DNA from: an uncultured Pseudomonadota bacterium
GTDB taxonomy: Bacteria; Vulcanimicrobiota; Vulcanimicrobiia; Eremiobacterales; Eremiobacteraceae
Direction of reading: 5' to 3'
DNA: 64,000 nucleotides
NCBI GenBank assembly: GCA_963736005.1
Contig: CAVTNB010000002.1
Location: 1-64,000, forward strand
The translations under genes were made by a program, and so were the position numbers. This document shows positions 50,599 through 61,806 of this stretch, one piece after another (position 1 is the first letter of the stretch; every line of letters starts with the position of its first letter). The notes beneath the pieces are model-generated. The model saw only the letters and a list, made by a program, of their open reading frames with translations, was not told the origin of the DNA and searched no databases.

Positions 50599-53100
50599 AC
50601 GACGATATTGAGCAGCTTGTCTTTGACAAAGACGAGCTTGCGTACCGCTTTCCCGTTGAGTTGCGCAGCGACGGTGTCGACGTTTTTTGCCAGCTCGAAT
50701 GCGCGCGTCTTGATCGATGCCTGGCGGAGCCAAGAATAAACCGCGCCGCCTGCCATTGACTTGCACGACAATGGCAATCAAATTACGCTTGAGAGCGTCT
50801 TCATCGTATTGCGGCCACGCCTGCTCGTGAATGCTGCCCTTGCCACCCGTTCGCTCGTAAAGCTCTTCTGTTATGTGCGGCGCAAACGGAGCGAGCAACA
50901 GAACGAGCACTCGCAGCGCCTCGCCGAAGACAGGCGATCGATCCGCATCGGGATGTTTCGCAGCAAAATCCTCGATATCATTGAGCAGCGTCATGATTGC
51001 CGCCACGCAGGTATTAAGATGCATGCGATCTGAAAGCTCTTCACCGATTTGTTTAATCTTTGAGTGAACGCTCAGACGCAGCGCAATTTCGTGCTCGTTG
51101 AATGCCGCGCCATCGGCTGGGGCGATTTTCCAATCGCTCGCCACGTTGAAAGCGTTAGCATGTTTGAGGACAAGCCGCCAAATGCGCTGTAAGGTGCGCG
51201 TCGCACCGGCGATGCCGGTCGTCGACCACGGAAAATCCGATTCCGGCGGGCCGGCGAACATCTCAAAGATGCGCAATGCATCGGCGCCGTATGTCGCGAC
51301 CGCCTCATCAATCCCGATCGTGTTGCCGCGCGACTTGCTCATCTTCTCGTGGTTCTCGCCGAGGACCATGCCTTGGTTGAAGAGACGGGTGAACGGCTCG
51401 TCGCCCGGAACGAGACCCTCTTCAGCGAGCACCTTATAAAAGAAGCGCGAATACATGAGGTGCAGCACCGCGTGCTCGATACCGCCGATGTAGTGATCGA
51501 CCGGCGCCCAATACTTGGCGATGGGAACCTCCCACGCGGCTTTGTCATTGTGGGGATCGAGATAGCGCAAATAGTACCACGACGAGCACATGAACGTGTC
51601 CATCGTTTCAGGCTCGCGAGTCGCCGGGCCGCCGCACTTCGGACACGTCGTGTTCATGAACTCTGGGACGTGCTCGAGGGGACTGCCTTGCGTTCCCGTG
51701 ATGGGTGCATTGTCCGGCAAGCGCACTGGGAGCTGCTCATCGGGCACCGCAACGTAGCCCTCTTGCGCGCACAACACCATCGGAATGGGCGCACCCCAAT
51801 AGCGCTCGCGCGAAATGAGCCAATCGCGCAATTTGTAGTTGACGCTGGCGGTGCCCGAGCCTGCCTTGACCAGCTTTGCTGTCATTGCTTTCCGAGCTTC
51901 GGCGCTCGACATTTCCGTAAACTCACCGCTGTGCACGAGGGTGCCGTCATCGACGAATGCCGCGGGCAGTCTGCTCGCGCTTCGCGCACCGGCAGCATCC
52001 GTTGGTTTGACGACGGTCCGAATTTTCAAGTCATGCGCTCGCGCGAACTCAAAATCGCGTTGATCGTGGGCGGGAACACCCATCACCGCGCCCGTGCCGT
52101 ACTCAGCCAGCACGTAGTTGGTCACCCAAATCGGGATGCGCTCGCGGCTCAAGGGATTACGCGCGAACGCGCCGGTAAAAACCCCTTGCTTTTCTGTTAA
52201 TTGCGTGCGGTCCAACTTGTCCGTCACGGTTGCGGCGAATTCAGCAACCGCGGCGGCTTCCGATTTGCCCTTGACGATGAGCGGCAAGAGCGGATGCTCG
52301 GGAGCGATGGCAAGATAGGTCGCCCCGAAAATCGTGTCGATTCGGGTCGTGAACACCTCGATCGTTCCGATGTTGTCCTCAACCGCAAATGCAACCGTCA
52401 CGCCCTCACTGCGTCCAATCCAATTGCGCTGCATCGTCTTGACGCGCTCGGGCCAACCTTCAAGCCGCTCCAACCCCTCAAGCAGTTTGTCGGCATACTT
52501 TGTGATGCGGAAAAACCACTGGCTGAGCTTGCGGCGTTCCACCTTTGAACCGCACCGCCAACACACGCCGCCTTCGGCTTGCTCGTTCGCCAGGACCGTT
52601 TGATCTTGTGGGCACCAGTTCAGCGTTGCCTCAGCTTTGTAAGCGAGCCCCTTGCGATACATCAACAAAAAGAGCCACTGCGTCCAGCGGTAATACTCGG
52701 GCGACGAGGAATCGATTTCGCGGGTCCAGTCGTACGACGTGCCAAGCTTCTTCAACTGCGAGCGCATGTTGGCGATGTTGGCATTCGTCCACTCGCGCGG
52801 ATGCATGCCGCGAGCAATGGCTGCCTGCTCCGCAGGCAAACCGAATGCATCCCAGCCCATCGGGTGTAAGACGTTGAACCCACGCATGCGCCGATAGCGC
52901 GCGACGACGTCGCCCAACGTGTAGTTGCGGGCGTGGCCGACATGCAGATCGCCGCTCGGGTATGGCAGCATTTCCAGCAAATAGAATTTTTGCTTATCCG
53001 CACGCTTGCTGGTCACGTATTGAGCGCGGTCAAGCCAAATTTTCTGCCACTTCGGCTCTATCGTCTGTGGAGCGTAGACCGGAATTTCTTTGGATGCCAT
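50595..53100 (-). CDS. leuS: Leucine--tRNA ligase, frameshift near 50705
   Basis: MLPYPSGDLHVGH, GWDAFGLPAE, RDWLISR.RYWG, GGIEHA, KMSKS, VQVNG; the C-terminus ...KLLNIVV is in another frame. Confidence 0.97.
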
Positions 53101-53113
53101 CGGTTGTATTGTA

Positions 53114-54358
53114 CTAAATGCCTAGCGGATACGCCTCCTCGCCGTGGAGCTCCATGTCCAAACCGCGCTCCTCCGCCTGGGGATCGACCTTGGTTTGCGT
53201 GATGCGACTGATTAGCCACAACATGCCGTACGTGAAAACAAATGCCCAGAGGCTGCACACCGAAACCGCAACAACCTGCTTCCAAAAAAATGCCGTGCCG
53301 CCGAAGAACAGTCCATTCGATCCGTTCGGATTCCACGCCGCCGAACCAAGCGTCCCAAGGGAAACGATACCGAGGAAGCCGCCCACGCCATGCACGCCCC
53401 ACACGTCCAGCGCATCGTCCCAGCCCTGCTGATTCTTCACGGCCACCGCGAAGTAGCAGATCACACCGGCAAGAATTCCGATGAGGACTGCGGTGGTGGG
53501 TGAAACGTAACCAGCCGCGGGAGTAATCGTCGCAAGCCCTGCGACTGCGCCGGTGAGCAAGCCGACGAATTTTGGTTGTCTCCCGCGCGCCCATTCCACG
53601 AGGAACCAGGTCACCGCGGCGAAGGAAGCGGCGAGGTCGGTATTGAGGAATGCGGCGGCGGTCACGGGGTCTACACGTAACTCGGACCCAGCGTTGAAAC
53701 CATACCAGCCAAACCACAGAAGACCCGTGCCGAGGGCGATGAGCGGCACGTTATGCGGTTTGTTTTCCACGACCGCACGCCGCCCGATGTAGAGCACTGA
53801 CGCCAGCGCGGCGAATCCGGCCGACGCGTGGACCACGATGCCACCCGCAAAATCCTCTGCACCCCACTTTGCAAACAGACCATTGGGACTCCACAGCATG
53901 TGCACGAACGGGAAATAGACGAAGATGAGCCATCCGGTCAGGAAGAGGAAGTACGCCTTGAAGGTGACGCGGTTCGCAAACGCGCCGGTGATCAACGCCG
54001 GCGTGATGATCGCAAACATCATCTGATACGCGACGTGAACCACCAAAGGAATGCCCGCATCATTGCCGGTGAACATCGTGTGCAGCGTTATGCCCCGGAG
54101 AAAAGCCCAGTGGGTGGGATCGCCGATGATGCCGTGCCAATCCGGCCCGAAGCACTCCGAGTAACCGAACGCGAACCAAATAACCGTCGTCCAGCCGAGC
54201 GACATGAAACTTTGAATCATGATGGTCAGGACATTTTTGCGGGCGACCAACCCACCGTAAAAGAAGGCAAGACCCGGGGTCATGAGCATGACGAGGCTTG
54301 CGCAGATAAGCATGAACGCTGTGTTGCCGATGTTGAACGGTATGGCTGGAGTGCCCAC
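53114..54358 (-). CDS. amtB: Ammonium transporter
   Basis: MTPGLAFFYGG, QMMFAIITPAL, DFAGGIVVH, WFGWYGFNAGS, DDALDV..VHG; GGAGG RBS before GTG 54358. Confidence 0.95.
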   Translation of the reverse strand: MGTPAIPFNIGNTAFMLICASLVMLMTPGLAFFYGGLVARKNVLTIMIQSFMSLGWTTVIWFAFGYSECFGPDWHGIIGDPTHWAFLRGITLHTMFTGNDAGIPLVVHVAYQMMFAIITPALITGAFANRVTFKAYFLFLTGWLIFVYFPFVHMLWSPNGLFAKWGAEDFAGGIVVHASAGFAALASVLYIGRRAVVENKPHNVPLIALGTGLLWFGWYGFNAGSELRVDPVTAAAFLNTDLAASFAAVTWFLVEWARGRQPKFVGLLTGAVAGLATITPAAGYVSPTTAVLIGILAGVICYFAVAVKNQQGWDDALDVWGVHGVGGFLGIVSLGTLGSAAWNPNGSNGLFFGGTAFFWKQVVAVSVCSLWAFVFTYGMLWLISRITQTKVDPQAEERGLDMELHGEEAYPLGI

Positions 54359-54543
54359 GAGACTTCCTCCGGTGCGGAAGCAAAAAAGGCCCAGCGTTTC
54401 AAAACGCAAGCCTGACAGGCGCGAATCCTTAGCCGTTGACGTGAGGTTTCCCGCCACAATTCGCTTGCGGCGGCCGCTTGGCGGCGCGCGCCCGACGGAG
54501 CGATCCTCTTGACTCTTCGCGTCTCTCGCGTGAAAGACGCGCC

Positions 54544-55227
54544 GTGGAAAAAAACAAGCACCTTGGGTTTTTGATTGCGGCGATCGCTGCAGCGCTGCTG
54601 CTGGTTGGGTACTGGTTACCGCGGCATCCCGATTCCAATTCTGGCGCCACCACCGCAAGCGCTGAGGCGACGGTGCCGCCGGTACTCGTCACGGCGGATG
54701 CGCAGCCTTCGTCCGAATCGTCAGCGCCTGGCGGTCGGCCAACTCGCGTCGTTGTCTATCTCTGCGGGGATGTGCGTCGTCCGGGTGTCTACGACATGGC
54801 AACGGGCAATCGCGTGGCAGACGGCATTGCGCGCGCGGGTGGAGCTTTGGGCGACGCCGATTTGGAGCAACTCAATCTCGCCGAACCACTGATCGACGCA
54901 ATGAAAATTTGCGTACCGCACAAGGGCGAACATCTGGCGCTTTCAAGCGTTGCCGACGGAACGGCCAGCGGCGACCCACCCCGCCCTTCCCGTCGGCATC
55001 ACGGTGGCAGATCGAGTCACAAGTTGCAGCTGGGGCAAACGCTCAACGTGAACGCAGCGAGCGAGTCTGAGTTAACCCAGCTGCCTGGCGTTGGGCCGAG
55101 CTTGGCGGCTCGCATCGTTGAATACCGCACGGAAAACGGTCCATTCCAAAGCGTCGACGACCTGCAGAACGTCTCAGGGATTGGGCCTTCGAAGTTCGAA
55201 AAAATGGCTCCGTTCATCCGGCTGTAA
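54544..55227 (+). CDS. comEA: Competence protein ComEA (SLBB + helix-hairpin-helix)
   Basis: G.V.RPGVY, LNLAE.L.D, LNVNAAS..EL..LPGVGP.LA.RI..YR..NGPF....L..V.GIG. Confidence 0.92.
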   Translation: MEKNKHLGFLIAAIAAALLLVGYWLPRHPDSNSGATTASAEATVPPVLVTADAQPSSESSAPGGRPTRVVVYLCGDVRRPGVYDMATGNRVADGIARAGGALGDADLEQLNLAEPLIDAMKICVPHKGEHLALSSVADGTASGDPPRPSRRHHGGRSSHKLQLGQTLNVNAASESELTQLPGVGPSLAARIVEYRTENGPFQSVDDLQNVSGIGPSKFEKMAPFIRL

Positions 55228-55254
55228 TCCGAGCCACGCGTTAGGCTGTCAGCA

Positions 55255-55299
55255 GGGAATACTTTGCCACGCAAAGTATTCCCTTTGCCATGCAAAGTA
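55255..55299. promoter_or_regulatory. Tandem palindromic operator-like sites CTTTGC-CAY-GCAAAG overlapping the start of the downstream gene
   Basis: Perfect 13-bp arms GGGAATACTTTGC-CAC-GCAAAGTATTCCC, followed by CTTTGCCATGCAAAG. Confidence 0.55.
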
Positions 55300-56210
55300 A
55301 GACGTGGGTGATACCTCTCGTTGTCGCGCTGTGCGTTTCCCTCACGTGCGCCGCCCTTGCGATCTGGTTTCGCGGCGAAGACGGGGCGCTGTTGCTCACC
55401 GTGCTCGCGGGGTTCGTGCTGGGATTTGTTTTCCCGAGAGGCGCCTGGCGCTGGGCTGTCATTTTGGCGTTATGGATGCCAGTTGCGGTTGCCGTGAAGG
55501 CACCTCTTCACGCAGGGCCATCGTGGTGTCCGGCACTTACCTTCCCTCCTCGAAATGTGCTCTGGGGCTTGCCGATCGTCCCCGTGGTTGCGGTTTTCTT
55601 GGGTGTGATTGCCGACTGGTTTGTGTCCGAGGCCCTACGCTGGCTCGGATTTCTCGGTTGGCGCTGGCTTGCAAATATGAAGCTGATTCTGCGCGCGGCC
55701 GTCGTCGCACTGGCAGCATTCTTTGTCCTTAGCTGCGCACTCATGCTTGCTCAACCGTTGCAGCCCTATGCCATCGGGCAGCGCTACTGCTGGGATGAAT
55801 CTTGCTTCTCGGTCACTTCGGTCAAGCGCACAAAAAGCATCGGTTCAGACGTGCATCGCGCCGTTGCACGCGGCACCTTTTACGTTGTCACGGCCAACAT
55901 GGAGACGCCATGGTGGGGCCGTTTCTACTGGAGCAATGACGCAGTCTATGCGACTGATTACTCGGGAACGGACTATCGGAATTCTTCTGCCGGTCAGCTC
56001 GCAAGCGATGCTCTCTTGCGCTCGAACCGTTCGCAATGCCATTTGATCCGAGGTGCGGGCGAAGCTGAAACGATCGTCTTCGACCTGCCGGACGACGCCA
56101 TACAGCCTCGTTTGCTTGTTCGCGATACGCTTGGCTTCGAGGGCCTGCTCGGAGGGTTGCGATCCAGTCTGTTCTACGTCAAGCCTGCATTCAATCTGCG
56201 TTACGATTAG
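55290..56210 (+). CDS. Hypothetical membrane protein with C-terminal soluble beta-rich domain
   Basis: About 5 TM helices followed by F.VTSV...FYVV...IVFDLP pattern. Confidence 0.7.
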   Translation: MQSKTWVIPLVVALCVSLTCAALAIWFRGEDGALLLTVLAGFVLGFVFPRGAWRWAVILALWMPVAVAVKAPLHAGPSWCPALTFPPRNVLWGLPIVPVVAVFLGVIADWFVSEALRWLGFLGWRWLANMKLILRAAVVALAAFFVLSCALMLAQPLQPYAIGQRYCWDESCFSVTSVKRTKSIGSDVHRAVARGTFYVVTANMETPWWGRFYWSNDAVYATDYSGTDYRNSSAGQLASDALLRSNRSQCHLIRGAGEAETIVFDLPDDAIQPRLLVRDTLGFEGLLGGLRSSLFYVKPAFNLRYD

Positions 56211-56235
56211 CAGTGGCCACAAGGATTCCGGCCTA

Positions 56236-56254
56236 ATTGTCGACAATCGACAAT
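56236..56254. promoter_or_regulatory. Palindrome ATTGTCGACAAT plus repeated CGACAAT, candidate GntR autoregulatory site
   Basis: Perfect 12-bp palindrome immediately upstream of the GntR start. Confidence 0.55.
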
Positions 56255-56255
56255 C

Positions 56256-56921
56256 ATGGCTGGCTTGGCGAAAACCCTCCCCCTCGAACGCTCTTCAACC
56301 GCGGCAAAAGTTGCCGCCCTCCTGCGCCGGCGGATTACTGACGGTAAGATGAAGCCAGGGCAACGGCTCAACGAGCTCGCCTTGGCGGCCGAGCTCGGCG
56401 TGAGTCGCAGCCCAATCCGCGAGGCGCTCGCGCAACTCGCCGGCGAGGGACTCGTTCGCGTCTCACCGTACCGGGGCACGTTCGTCACCGAGTTGAGTCG
56501 CGAGCGTTTGCAGGACCTGTTGGAATTTCGCATTGCGCTCGAGCAGTTTGCCGTGCGCCGCGTCATCGAGCGCGCAACGCCTTCGCATTTTGCGCAGCTC
56601 GACACGCTGGTCGACCAGCTGCGCAAGCGTGCACGCGCTAATGATTTTAGCGGCGCAGTCGACACCGATTTGCGCCTGCACGAACTGCTCATCGAACTCG
56701 CCGGCAGCGCGCTCCTGGAGCAAACATTCAAGGAGTTGCTCGGGGAGTTTCGGCTGTACATCGCGGCAACCAGCCGGCACTACAAAGGCATCAATGAGCT
56801 GGCAAGCGAGCACGACGCGCTGCTGAAGGCGCTTCGCGCCGGTCGCGTCGAGTCCGCACTTTCCCTTATTGCCGATCATATACGGCATGGCTTTGCTCCC
56901 GCTTTAAAGGAAATTCAATAA
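56256..56921 (+). CDS. GntR/FadR (FCD) family transcriptional regulator
   Basis: PGQRLNE..LA.ELGVSRSPIREAL..L..EGLV; EH....AL. Confidence 0.93.
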   Translation: MAGLAKTLPLERSSTAAKVAALLRRRITDGKMKPGQRLNELALAAELGVSRSPIREALAQLAGEGLVRVSPYRGTFVTELSRERLQDLLEFRIALEQFAVRRVIERATPSHFAQLDTLVDQLRKRARANDFSGAVDTDLRLHELLIELAGSALLEQTFKELLGEFRLYIAATSRHYKGINELASEHDALLKALRAGRVESALSLIADHIRHGFAPALKEIQ

Positions 56922-58249
56922 TGGTTACGACGCAACCGAAACCGCGCTCTGCGCACACCCGCTACGTCCTCACGCCTTGGTCTGCACAAGCAGCCCTGGA
57001 TATGCCGACGATCGATCACGCGCAAGGCTGCTACCTCTATGACACAGACGGCAAGCCCTATCTCGATCTTTCGGCCGGTCTTGTCGCGGTCAACTTGGGG
57101 CACAATCATCCAACGGTTGTGCGCTCGATTGCCGAGCAGGCGGCAAAGCTGTGCTATGCTGCGCCTTCCTTCTTTAATGACACGCGGACGCATGTTGCCG
57201 AAGAACTATCGCGACTTGCCCCATGGAGCGAAGGCGCTCGCACCTTCTTCACGACCGGCGGCGGCGAGGCAAATGAGGACGCGGTCAAAATGTCCAGGAT
57301 GGTGAGCGGACGCCACAAAATCTTGGCGACCTACCGATCCTTTCACGGTTCTGCGCCTGGAGCTGGAACGCTCAGTGGAGAGAACCGGCGCTGGCCAAAC
57401 GAACCAGGGATCCCAGGCGTCGTCCACTTTTTCGCACCCTTCCCCTATCGAAGCCCCTTTAACACAACCGACCCCGCGCAAGAAACACGCCGCGCGCTCG
57501 ATCACCTCGAACTTGTGCTCACCTATGAAGACGCGTCGAAAGTTGCCGCGCTCATCATCGAGCCGGTGGTGGGATCAAACGGCGTCATCGTTTACCCGCC
57601 GGGCTATCTTGAAGGCGTACGCGAGCTTTGCACGCGACACAACATTTTGCTCATCTTCGACGAGGTCATGACCGGGTTCGGTCGCACAGGGGCACCCTTC
57701 GCCGCGCAACGCTTCGGCGTGACGCCGGACTTGATCACGATTGCCAAAGGCTGCACGTCCGCATACGTGCCCTTAGGGGGCGTCATGGTGCGCGAGCGCG
57801 TGGCTGCTTATTTTGACGACCACGTTCTGAGCTGCGGGCATACCTATAGTGGACACCCCCTAGCAATGGGAGCGGCGCGCGGCGCCCTTCAAGCATATCG
57901 CGAAGGTGGATTGTTCGAACGAGGGCGCGAGATCGAGCGCTGGATGAACGAGCTCTTGGGCTCCTTGCGCGATCAGGTGCCCCTTGTCGGTGACGTGCGC
58001 GGTCTGGGCGCGTTCTTTGCGATTGAACTTGTCAAGGATCGCTCCACTCGCGAACCGTTGATCGCGTGGCAGGGCCAAAGTCAGGGCATCATGCCCACGT
58101 TGCTCAAGTCGCTGCGCGACCGAGGCGTGTATGTGTTCGGCCGCTACAATGTCATGCTGATCACGCCACCGCTGACGATCTCCCGCGACGAGCTCGCCAC
58201 CGGCGTTGGAGAAATAGCCAACGTTCTTCGTGAGGTGGCAAAGCCATGA
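56921..58249 (+). CDS. Class III PLP aminotransferase (omega-amino acid / beta-alanine / taurine:pyruvate type)
   Basis: YLD.SAGL...[41 protein letters not shown]. Confidence 0.9.
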   Translation: MVTTQPKPRSAHTRYVLTPWSAQAALDMPTIDHAQGCYLYDTDGKPYLDLSAGLVAVNLGHNHPTVVRSIAEQAAKLCYAAPSFFNDTRTHVAEELSRLAPWSEGARTFFTTGGGEANEDAVKMSRMVSGRHKILATYRSFHGSAPGAGTLSGENRRWPNEPGIPGVVHFFAPFPYRSPFNTTDPAQETRRALDHLELVLTYEDASKVAALIIEPVVGSNGVIVYPPGYLEGVRELCTRHNILLIFDEVMTGFGRTGAPFAAQRFGVTPDLITIAKGCTSAYVPLGGVMVRERVAAYFDDHVLSCGHTYSGHPLAMGAARGALQAYREGGLFERGREIERWMNELLGSLRDQVPLVGDVRGLGAFFAIELVKDRSTREPLIAWQGQSQGIMPTLLKSLRDRGVYVFGRYNVMLITPPLTISRDELATGVGEIANVLREVAKP

Positions 58250-59808
58250 ATCCGCGAACAGATGCAAGCGCGCTCACCCATGCGCACGAAGGGCGACTTG
58301 ACAGTCGCCCGCTACAGGAAGTTGGACACTACATCGGCGGACGACAAGTCAAGGGTGCCTCTGGCAACTTCGGCGACGTGTGGAATCCTGCATCCGGACA
58401 GCGCACTGCCCGCGTCGCCTTTGCATCGAGTGAGGAAGTTGCTGCAGCGGTTGCGTCCGCCAAGGCTGCTTTCCCATCGTGGGCCGAAACACCGCCACTG
58501 CGCAGAGCGGCTCTCTTGTTCAAGTTTCGCGATGCCCTGCTCGCCGATCGGGATCGCCTTGCCTCCATCATTACGGCCGAACACGGCAAGACGCTGGATG
58601 ACGCCAAAGGCGAGCTCACGAGGGGAATCGAGGTTGTTGAATTCGCTTGCGGCATCCCGCAGCTGCTCAAGGGTGAGTTCACAGAGAATGTTGGTCGCAA
58701 CATCGACGGCTTCACCGTGCGCCACCCGCTCGGTGTCTGCGCCGGCATCACACCGTTTAATTTCCCCGCGATGGTGCCCATGTGGATGTTCCCAATGGCC
58801 ATCGCGTGCGGAAACACTTTTGTCCTCAAACCCAGCGAAAAGGATCCGTCGCTCGCACTCGAGCTCGCGCGCATGTTGAACGAATGCGGCGCGCCTGATG
58901 GCATTCTCAACGTCGTCAATGGCTCGAAGGACGCGGTCACTGCCTTGCTCGATCACCCCGACGTCAAAGCGATAAGCTTCGTCGGCTCGACCCCCATTGC
59001 GCAGTACGTCTACACGCGCGGAACCGCCAGCGGCAAACGCGTGCAAGCGCTAGGCGGCGCAAAAAATCATCTGATCGTCATGCCGGATGCAGATCTCGAG
59101 CAAACTGCGGATGCAATCGTGGGCGCTGCGTATGGTTCCGCTGGCGAGCGCTGCATGGCGATCTCGGTCGTCGTTGCAGTCGGTGATGAGGTTGCGGACA
59201 GTATCGTCTCCCGCGTTCGAGAAAGACTTACGACATTGAACGTTGGCGATGGCACGCAATCGGGTGTCGACATGGGACCGCTGGTCACCCCGGAGCACCT
59301 GGATCGCGTGCGATCGTACATTGAGATTGGCGAGCAACGAAGGCGCTACAGTGGTGGTCGACGGCAGGCAGCATGCGTGCGCTCAGGGTCGCGAAGGATT
59401 TTTCTTAGGTCCAACGCTGCTCGATCGCGTCAGCCCAAGTATGCGGGTGTATCGCGAAGAGATCTTTGGCCCTGTCCTGTCGATCGTGCGAGCGAAGACT
59501 CCGCAGGAGGCACTTGACCTCGTCAACGCTCACGAGCTTGGTAATGGCGTTGCGATTTTTACTCGCGATGGCGACACGGCCCGCTGGTTCAATCACACGT
59601 GCAAGCAGGCATGGTTGGCATCAACGTACCCATTCCGGTTCCCATGGCGTTCCACAGCTTCGGCGGCTGGAAACGATCGCTCTTTGGGGATCATCACATC
59701 CATGGACCCGAGGGCGTCCGTTTCTACACGCGCTTGAAGTCGACGACCGTAACGTGGCCTTCGTCCATCCGCGGCGGCTCCGACTTCGTCATGCCCACAA
59801 TGAAATAG
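58246..59808 (+). CDS. mmsA: CoA-acylating (methyl)malonate-semialdehyde dehydrogenase, frameshifts near 59340 and 59600
   Basis: [54 protein letters not shown]. Confidence 0.92.
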
Positions 59809-59895
59809 TGTAGGGGGCGATTGGCAAATCGCCCCATGCCCATGTAGGGGGCGACTGTCAAGTCGCCCATGTAGCGGCGGACCTTTAGGTCCGCC
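59809..59895 (+). repeat. Cluster of three different GTAG-type REP-like hairpins
   Basis: TGTAG-GGGGCGATT-GGCA-AATCGCCCC; TGTAG-G-GGGCGACT-GTCA-AGTCGCCC; TGTAG-C-GGCGGACCT-TT-AGGTCCGCC. Confidence 0.8.
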
Positions 59896-59907
59896 TTACG
59901 GAGTCCG

Positions 59908-61806
59908 ATGAACGATCGCGATCTTGGCATGCAGTGCCGCATCACTCGTCGAGACTTTCTCGATGGGGTCGCCGCCAGCACGTTGGGTGCTGCAGCATTC
60001 GGCTTGCTCCCAGGCTGCTCGCATGCGGGAGGCGATCGGAATACCCTAATATCCGCGTATCCACCATCCACCACCGGCTTGTGGGGACAAGACAACACAA
60101 GCTACGCCGTGATGCACAAACTTCGCGACGGACAATTCTGGCAGAATAGCGGTACGCCGCAGGCCTCGGGCGAGCACTTTGATGCTGTGATCGTGGGCGC
60201 GGGGTTGAGCGGACTCGCCTGCGCGTACTTCTACCGTCAGCAGCGACCGAACGCCAGGATCTTGCTGCTTGAGATTCGCGAGGACTTCGGCGGCCATGCC
60301 GGTCGTAACGAGTTTGTGGTCGGCGATCGCTTGCTGCTCAGCAACGCTGGTACCCAGTCGATGGAAAGTCCCGCGGAGTATCTTCCCTCGGCAGCGCGAC
60401 TCGTTCGAGAGCTTGGCATCGATGTCAATCGCTTTTACAAGTATTTCGATCAAACTCGCTACGATGGCTTAACAACCGGTCTCTTTTTTAATAAGCAGAC
60501 CTTCGGCAGAGATGTGTTGGTGGCTGGCGCGTATGCCAAACCTTGGGACGAGGTCTTCAGCGCTGCGCCGCTGCCGGACAAAGCGAAGCGGGATCTCATT
60601 CGCATCCATAGCGAGCGCATCGACTACTTGCCGCATCTCTCGATCCAGCAAAAACTAGCGTACCTCAAGACCATCTCATACGCGAACTTCATTACCCAGC
60701 ATGCACACTGCGATCCCGCCGTGCTGCCGTACCTGCAAGATCGTACGTACGATCTTTTCGGAACGGGAATCGAAGTGGTGGCCGCGTTTGACTGTTACGA
60801 CAATGGCGACGATTATGGGCTTGAGTATCCCGGGTTCCTTGGCATGGATCTCGGCCAAGGCCTGGGCACGTGGCGGCGCGCAAAGCCCCAACCATACATC
60901 TTCCACTTCCCAGATGGCAACGCGTCCATCGCGCGCCTGCTCGTTCGCTCTCTGATCCCTGAGTCAATGCCGGGTTCGACTATGGAGGATATCGTGCTCG
61001 CACGATGCGACTACTCCAAGCTCGACCTTGCGTCCAACCAAGTCCGCATCCGCCTCAACGCAACGACCGTGAAAGTTGTGCATCGCGGCAATCCCGCCAC
61101 CGCGCGCCAGGTTGACGTCACCTACGCGAGTGGCGACCGCTTGACCACGGTGTCGACTGAGCATTGCATTCTGGCGGGCTGGCACGTCGTCACGCGACTC
61201 ATCGCTCCCGAACTGCCGGCTACGCAAAAAGCATCTCTCGAATATTGCGTCAAGGAGCCCTATGTCTACACGCACGTCGCATTGAACAATTGGCGCTCGT
61301 TCTTCAAACTTGGCATTCATCAGATTCTCGCGCCCACAAGCTACCACTACTTCACGATGCTCGATTACCCGGTCGATATGGGCGGGTACCGGTCTTCAAA
61401 ATCTCCCGATGAACCTATGATCCTCTTCATGCTGCGCTGCCCAACCAAACGCGGATTGCCGCCGCGCGACCAGTATCGGGCTGGACGCTGGGAACTCTTT
61501 CGAACGTCTTTTGCAACGATCGAACGCAATATCAGAGCGCAGCTTGCGACGATGCTCTCTGGCGCGGGTTTCGATCCGGCACGCGACATCGCTGGCATTA
61601 CCGTCAACCGCTGGTCGCACGGGTACGCCTACGAATACGACAAGTCACTGTGGGAACACGCCCCAGTTGGCCAACGGCCGTGCGATTTCGCGAAGAAGCC
61701 GCTCGGACGCATTGCGATTGCCAATTCCGATTCCAGCGGCGCCGCATACACAGACACCGCGATCGACGAGGGCTATCGGGCGGTCAACGAGGTGTTGCGC
61801 TCGTAG
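59908..61806 (+). CDS. spdH: Spermidine dehydrogenase-like FAD oxidoreductase with Tat signal
   Basis: ITRRDFLDG Tat motif, GAGLSGL, DFGGHA.RNEF, HFPDGNASIARLLVR, NRW.HGYAY, IANSD. Confidence 0.82.
   Translation: MNDRDLGMQCRITRRDFLDGVAASTLGAAAFGLLPGCSHAGGDRNTLISAYPPSTTGLWGQDNTSYAVMHKLRDGQFWQNSGTPQASGEHFDAVIVGAGLSGLACAYFYRQQRPNARILLLEIREDFGGHAGRNEFVVGDRLLLSNAGTQSMESPAEYLPSAARLVRELGIDVNRFYKYFDQTRYDGLTTGLFFNKQTFGRDVLVAGAYAKPWDEVFSAAPLPDKAKRDLIRIHSERIDYLPHLSIQQKLAYLKTISYANFITQHAHCDPAVLPYLQDRTYDLFGTGIEVVAAFDCYDNGDDYGLEYPGFLGMDLGQGLGTWRRAKPQPYIFHFPDGNASIARLLVRSLIPESMPGSTMEDIVLARCDYSKLDLASNQVRIRLNATTVKVVHRGNPATARQVDVTYASGDRLTTVSTEHCILAGWHVVTRLIAPELPATQKASLEYCVKEPYVYTHVALNNWRSFFKLGIHQILAPTSYHYFTMLDYPVDMGGYRSSKSPDEPMILFMLRCPTKRGLPPRDQYRAGRWELFRTSFATIERNIRAQLATMLSGAGFDPARDIAGITVNRWSHGYAYEYDKSLWEHAPVGQRPCDFAKKPLGRIAIANSDSSGAAYTDTAIDEGYRAVNEVLRS

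Noticed and set aside
50290..50705. Apparent repetitive C-terminal extension of LeuS (VVARMSSRKGN repeats)
   Set aside because: Artefact of a frameshift reading through the intergenic repeat. The normal C-terminus is in the frame ending at 50595.
54360..54540. Nitrogen-regulator box or glutamine riboswitch upstream of amtB
   Set aside because: No convincing match to TGTNA-N7-TNACA or to a riboswitch consensus by eye.
59809..59895. Possible CRISPR array or tRNA
   Set aside because: Repeats are not identical, there are no spacers, and no cloverleaf or T-loop motif is present.
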